A DNA stretch of 47,782 nt from positions 1-47,782 of the forward strand of contig CAVZWH010000028.1 of assembly GCA_963778905.1 (NCBI GenBank), given 5' to 3'. Both the position numbers and the translations under genes were made by a program. The stretch is from Candidatus Staskawiczbacteria bacterium (GTDB lineage Bacteria; Patescibacteriota; Minisyncoccia; Minisyncoccales; Staskawiczbacteraceae). Below are positions 47,091-47,782 of this stretch, one piece after another. A model generated the notes under the pieces. The model had not been told where the DNA came from. It searched no databases and worked only from the letters and a program-made list of their open reading frames with translations. Numbering within the stretch: position 1 is the first letter of the stretch; every line of letters begins with the position of its first letter.

Positions 47091-47782
47091 ATGGATAAAA
47101 ACCTTCTAAAAACAATAATAGACAAACAAAGCAAAGAAAGAAACTCTCTGTTGAGTTTGGCATACATAGAGCGCTCACAGGCTCAAAAAGGAGAAAAATG
47201 GTTGTCCTCTGATTTAATAAAAGTAGTCTTGGGACCACGAAGATCAGGAAAATCTGTCTTTTCTTTAATGCTTTTGAGAAACCAGCAATTCGCCTATTTT
47301 AATTTCGATGACCCTGCTTTGGTCAGTGAAAAACTGGATCTTTATCAGTTGATGGACGAACTGAAAAATGTTTACGGCGACACCAAATATGTTTTATTTG
47401 ACGAAATTCAAAATTTACCTGCATGGGAATTATTCGCCAACCGCCTGCATCGGGAAGGATATAATTTGGTACTCACCGGATCAAATGCCAATTTACTTTC
47501 AATGGAATTAGCTACGCATCTAACTGGCCGGCACATGCCAATAGAAATACTGCCGTTTAATTTTAAAGAATTTTTGCTGGCAAAAAATTATTCTGCAACA
47601 GATAAAGTAGATCTAAAATTATTGGAGCAATATATGATATTCGGCGGATTTCCAGAAGTTGTAATAAAAAACCAGCATCCGCGTGGATATTTAGACGTGC
47701 TCTTTGATGCATTGCTTTTTAAAGACGTTGTAAAACGCCATAAGGTTCGGTTTTCAAGCCAGATAGACCAATTGGGAACTTA
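47091..47782 (+). CDS. AAA+ ATPase (AAA_14/DUF4143 type), runs off the window end
   Basis: GPRRSGKS, FDEIQN, LTGSNA, LTGR and GGFPE motifs; promoter TTGACT(47005)-16-TATAAT(47027). Confidence 0.9.
   Translation, partial: MDKNLLKTIIDKQSKERNSLLSLAYIERSQAQKGEKWLSSDLIKVVLGPRRSGKSVFSLMLLRNQQFAYFNFDDPALVSEKLDLYQLMDELKNVYGDTKYVLFDEIQNLPAWELFANRLHREGYNLVLTGSNANLLSMELATHLTGRHMPIEILPFNFKEFLLAKNYSATDKVDLKLLEQYMIFGGFPEVVIKNQHPRGYLDVLFDALLFKDVVKRHKVRFSSQIDQLGT

Noticed and set aside
1-47782. Alternative genetic code (TGA read-through, as in Gracilibacteria/SR1)
   Set aside because: Conserved genes are full length under the standard code, and TGA serves as a stop (e.g. iscU)

Overview
AT-rich bacterial chromosome segment with the hallmarks of a Patescibacteria/CPR (Parcubacteria-like) genome: no L30 gene between rpsE and rplO, no Shine-Dalgarno sites, and a short AlaRS. 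Layout: (1-2.5 kb) iscS-iscU-mnmA tRNA thiolation genes; (2.5-8.9 kb) a CsoR-regulated copper cluster with thiol-redox genes and an SDR; (8.9-12.4 kb) a Zn-ribbon mini-protein, a ComEC-like MBL hydrolase, a long adenylate-kinase-like protein, a 6S-like ncRNA, tRNA-Pro(GGG), rpmB and an M50 protease; (12.5-37.6 kb) the fused str-S10-spc-alpha-rplM/rpsI superoperon, with tpiA, ykuK, alaS and a baseplate-J-like membrane protein between map and infA; (37.7-47.0 kb) a defective prophage (Sak4-like ATPase, O-like initiator with internal iterons, ParB-methyltransferase, terS, lysis genes) whose morphogenesis module is replaced by an IS3 element; then a partial AAA+ ATPase. The most unusual signals are at nucleotide level: a 17-nt GC-rich hairpin (GACCCAAAGGGTACCCC) embedded in five unrelated coding sequences in different reading frames; sequence-unrelated intergenic hairpins in the ribosomal operon that share a TC/TC (GA/GA on the other strand) internal loop and a 3' TCGCT; a Y-shaped palindrome with GNA triloops; and a 115-nt tRNA-like RNA with a non-decoding anticodon loop in the prophage. 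Four single-base homopolymer frameshifts and a 91-bp tandem duplication suggest assembly errors. All family assignments come from motif recognition by eye; no database searches were run.
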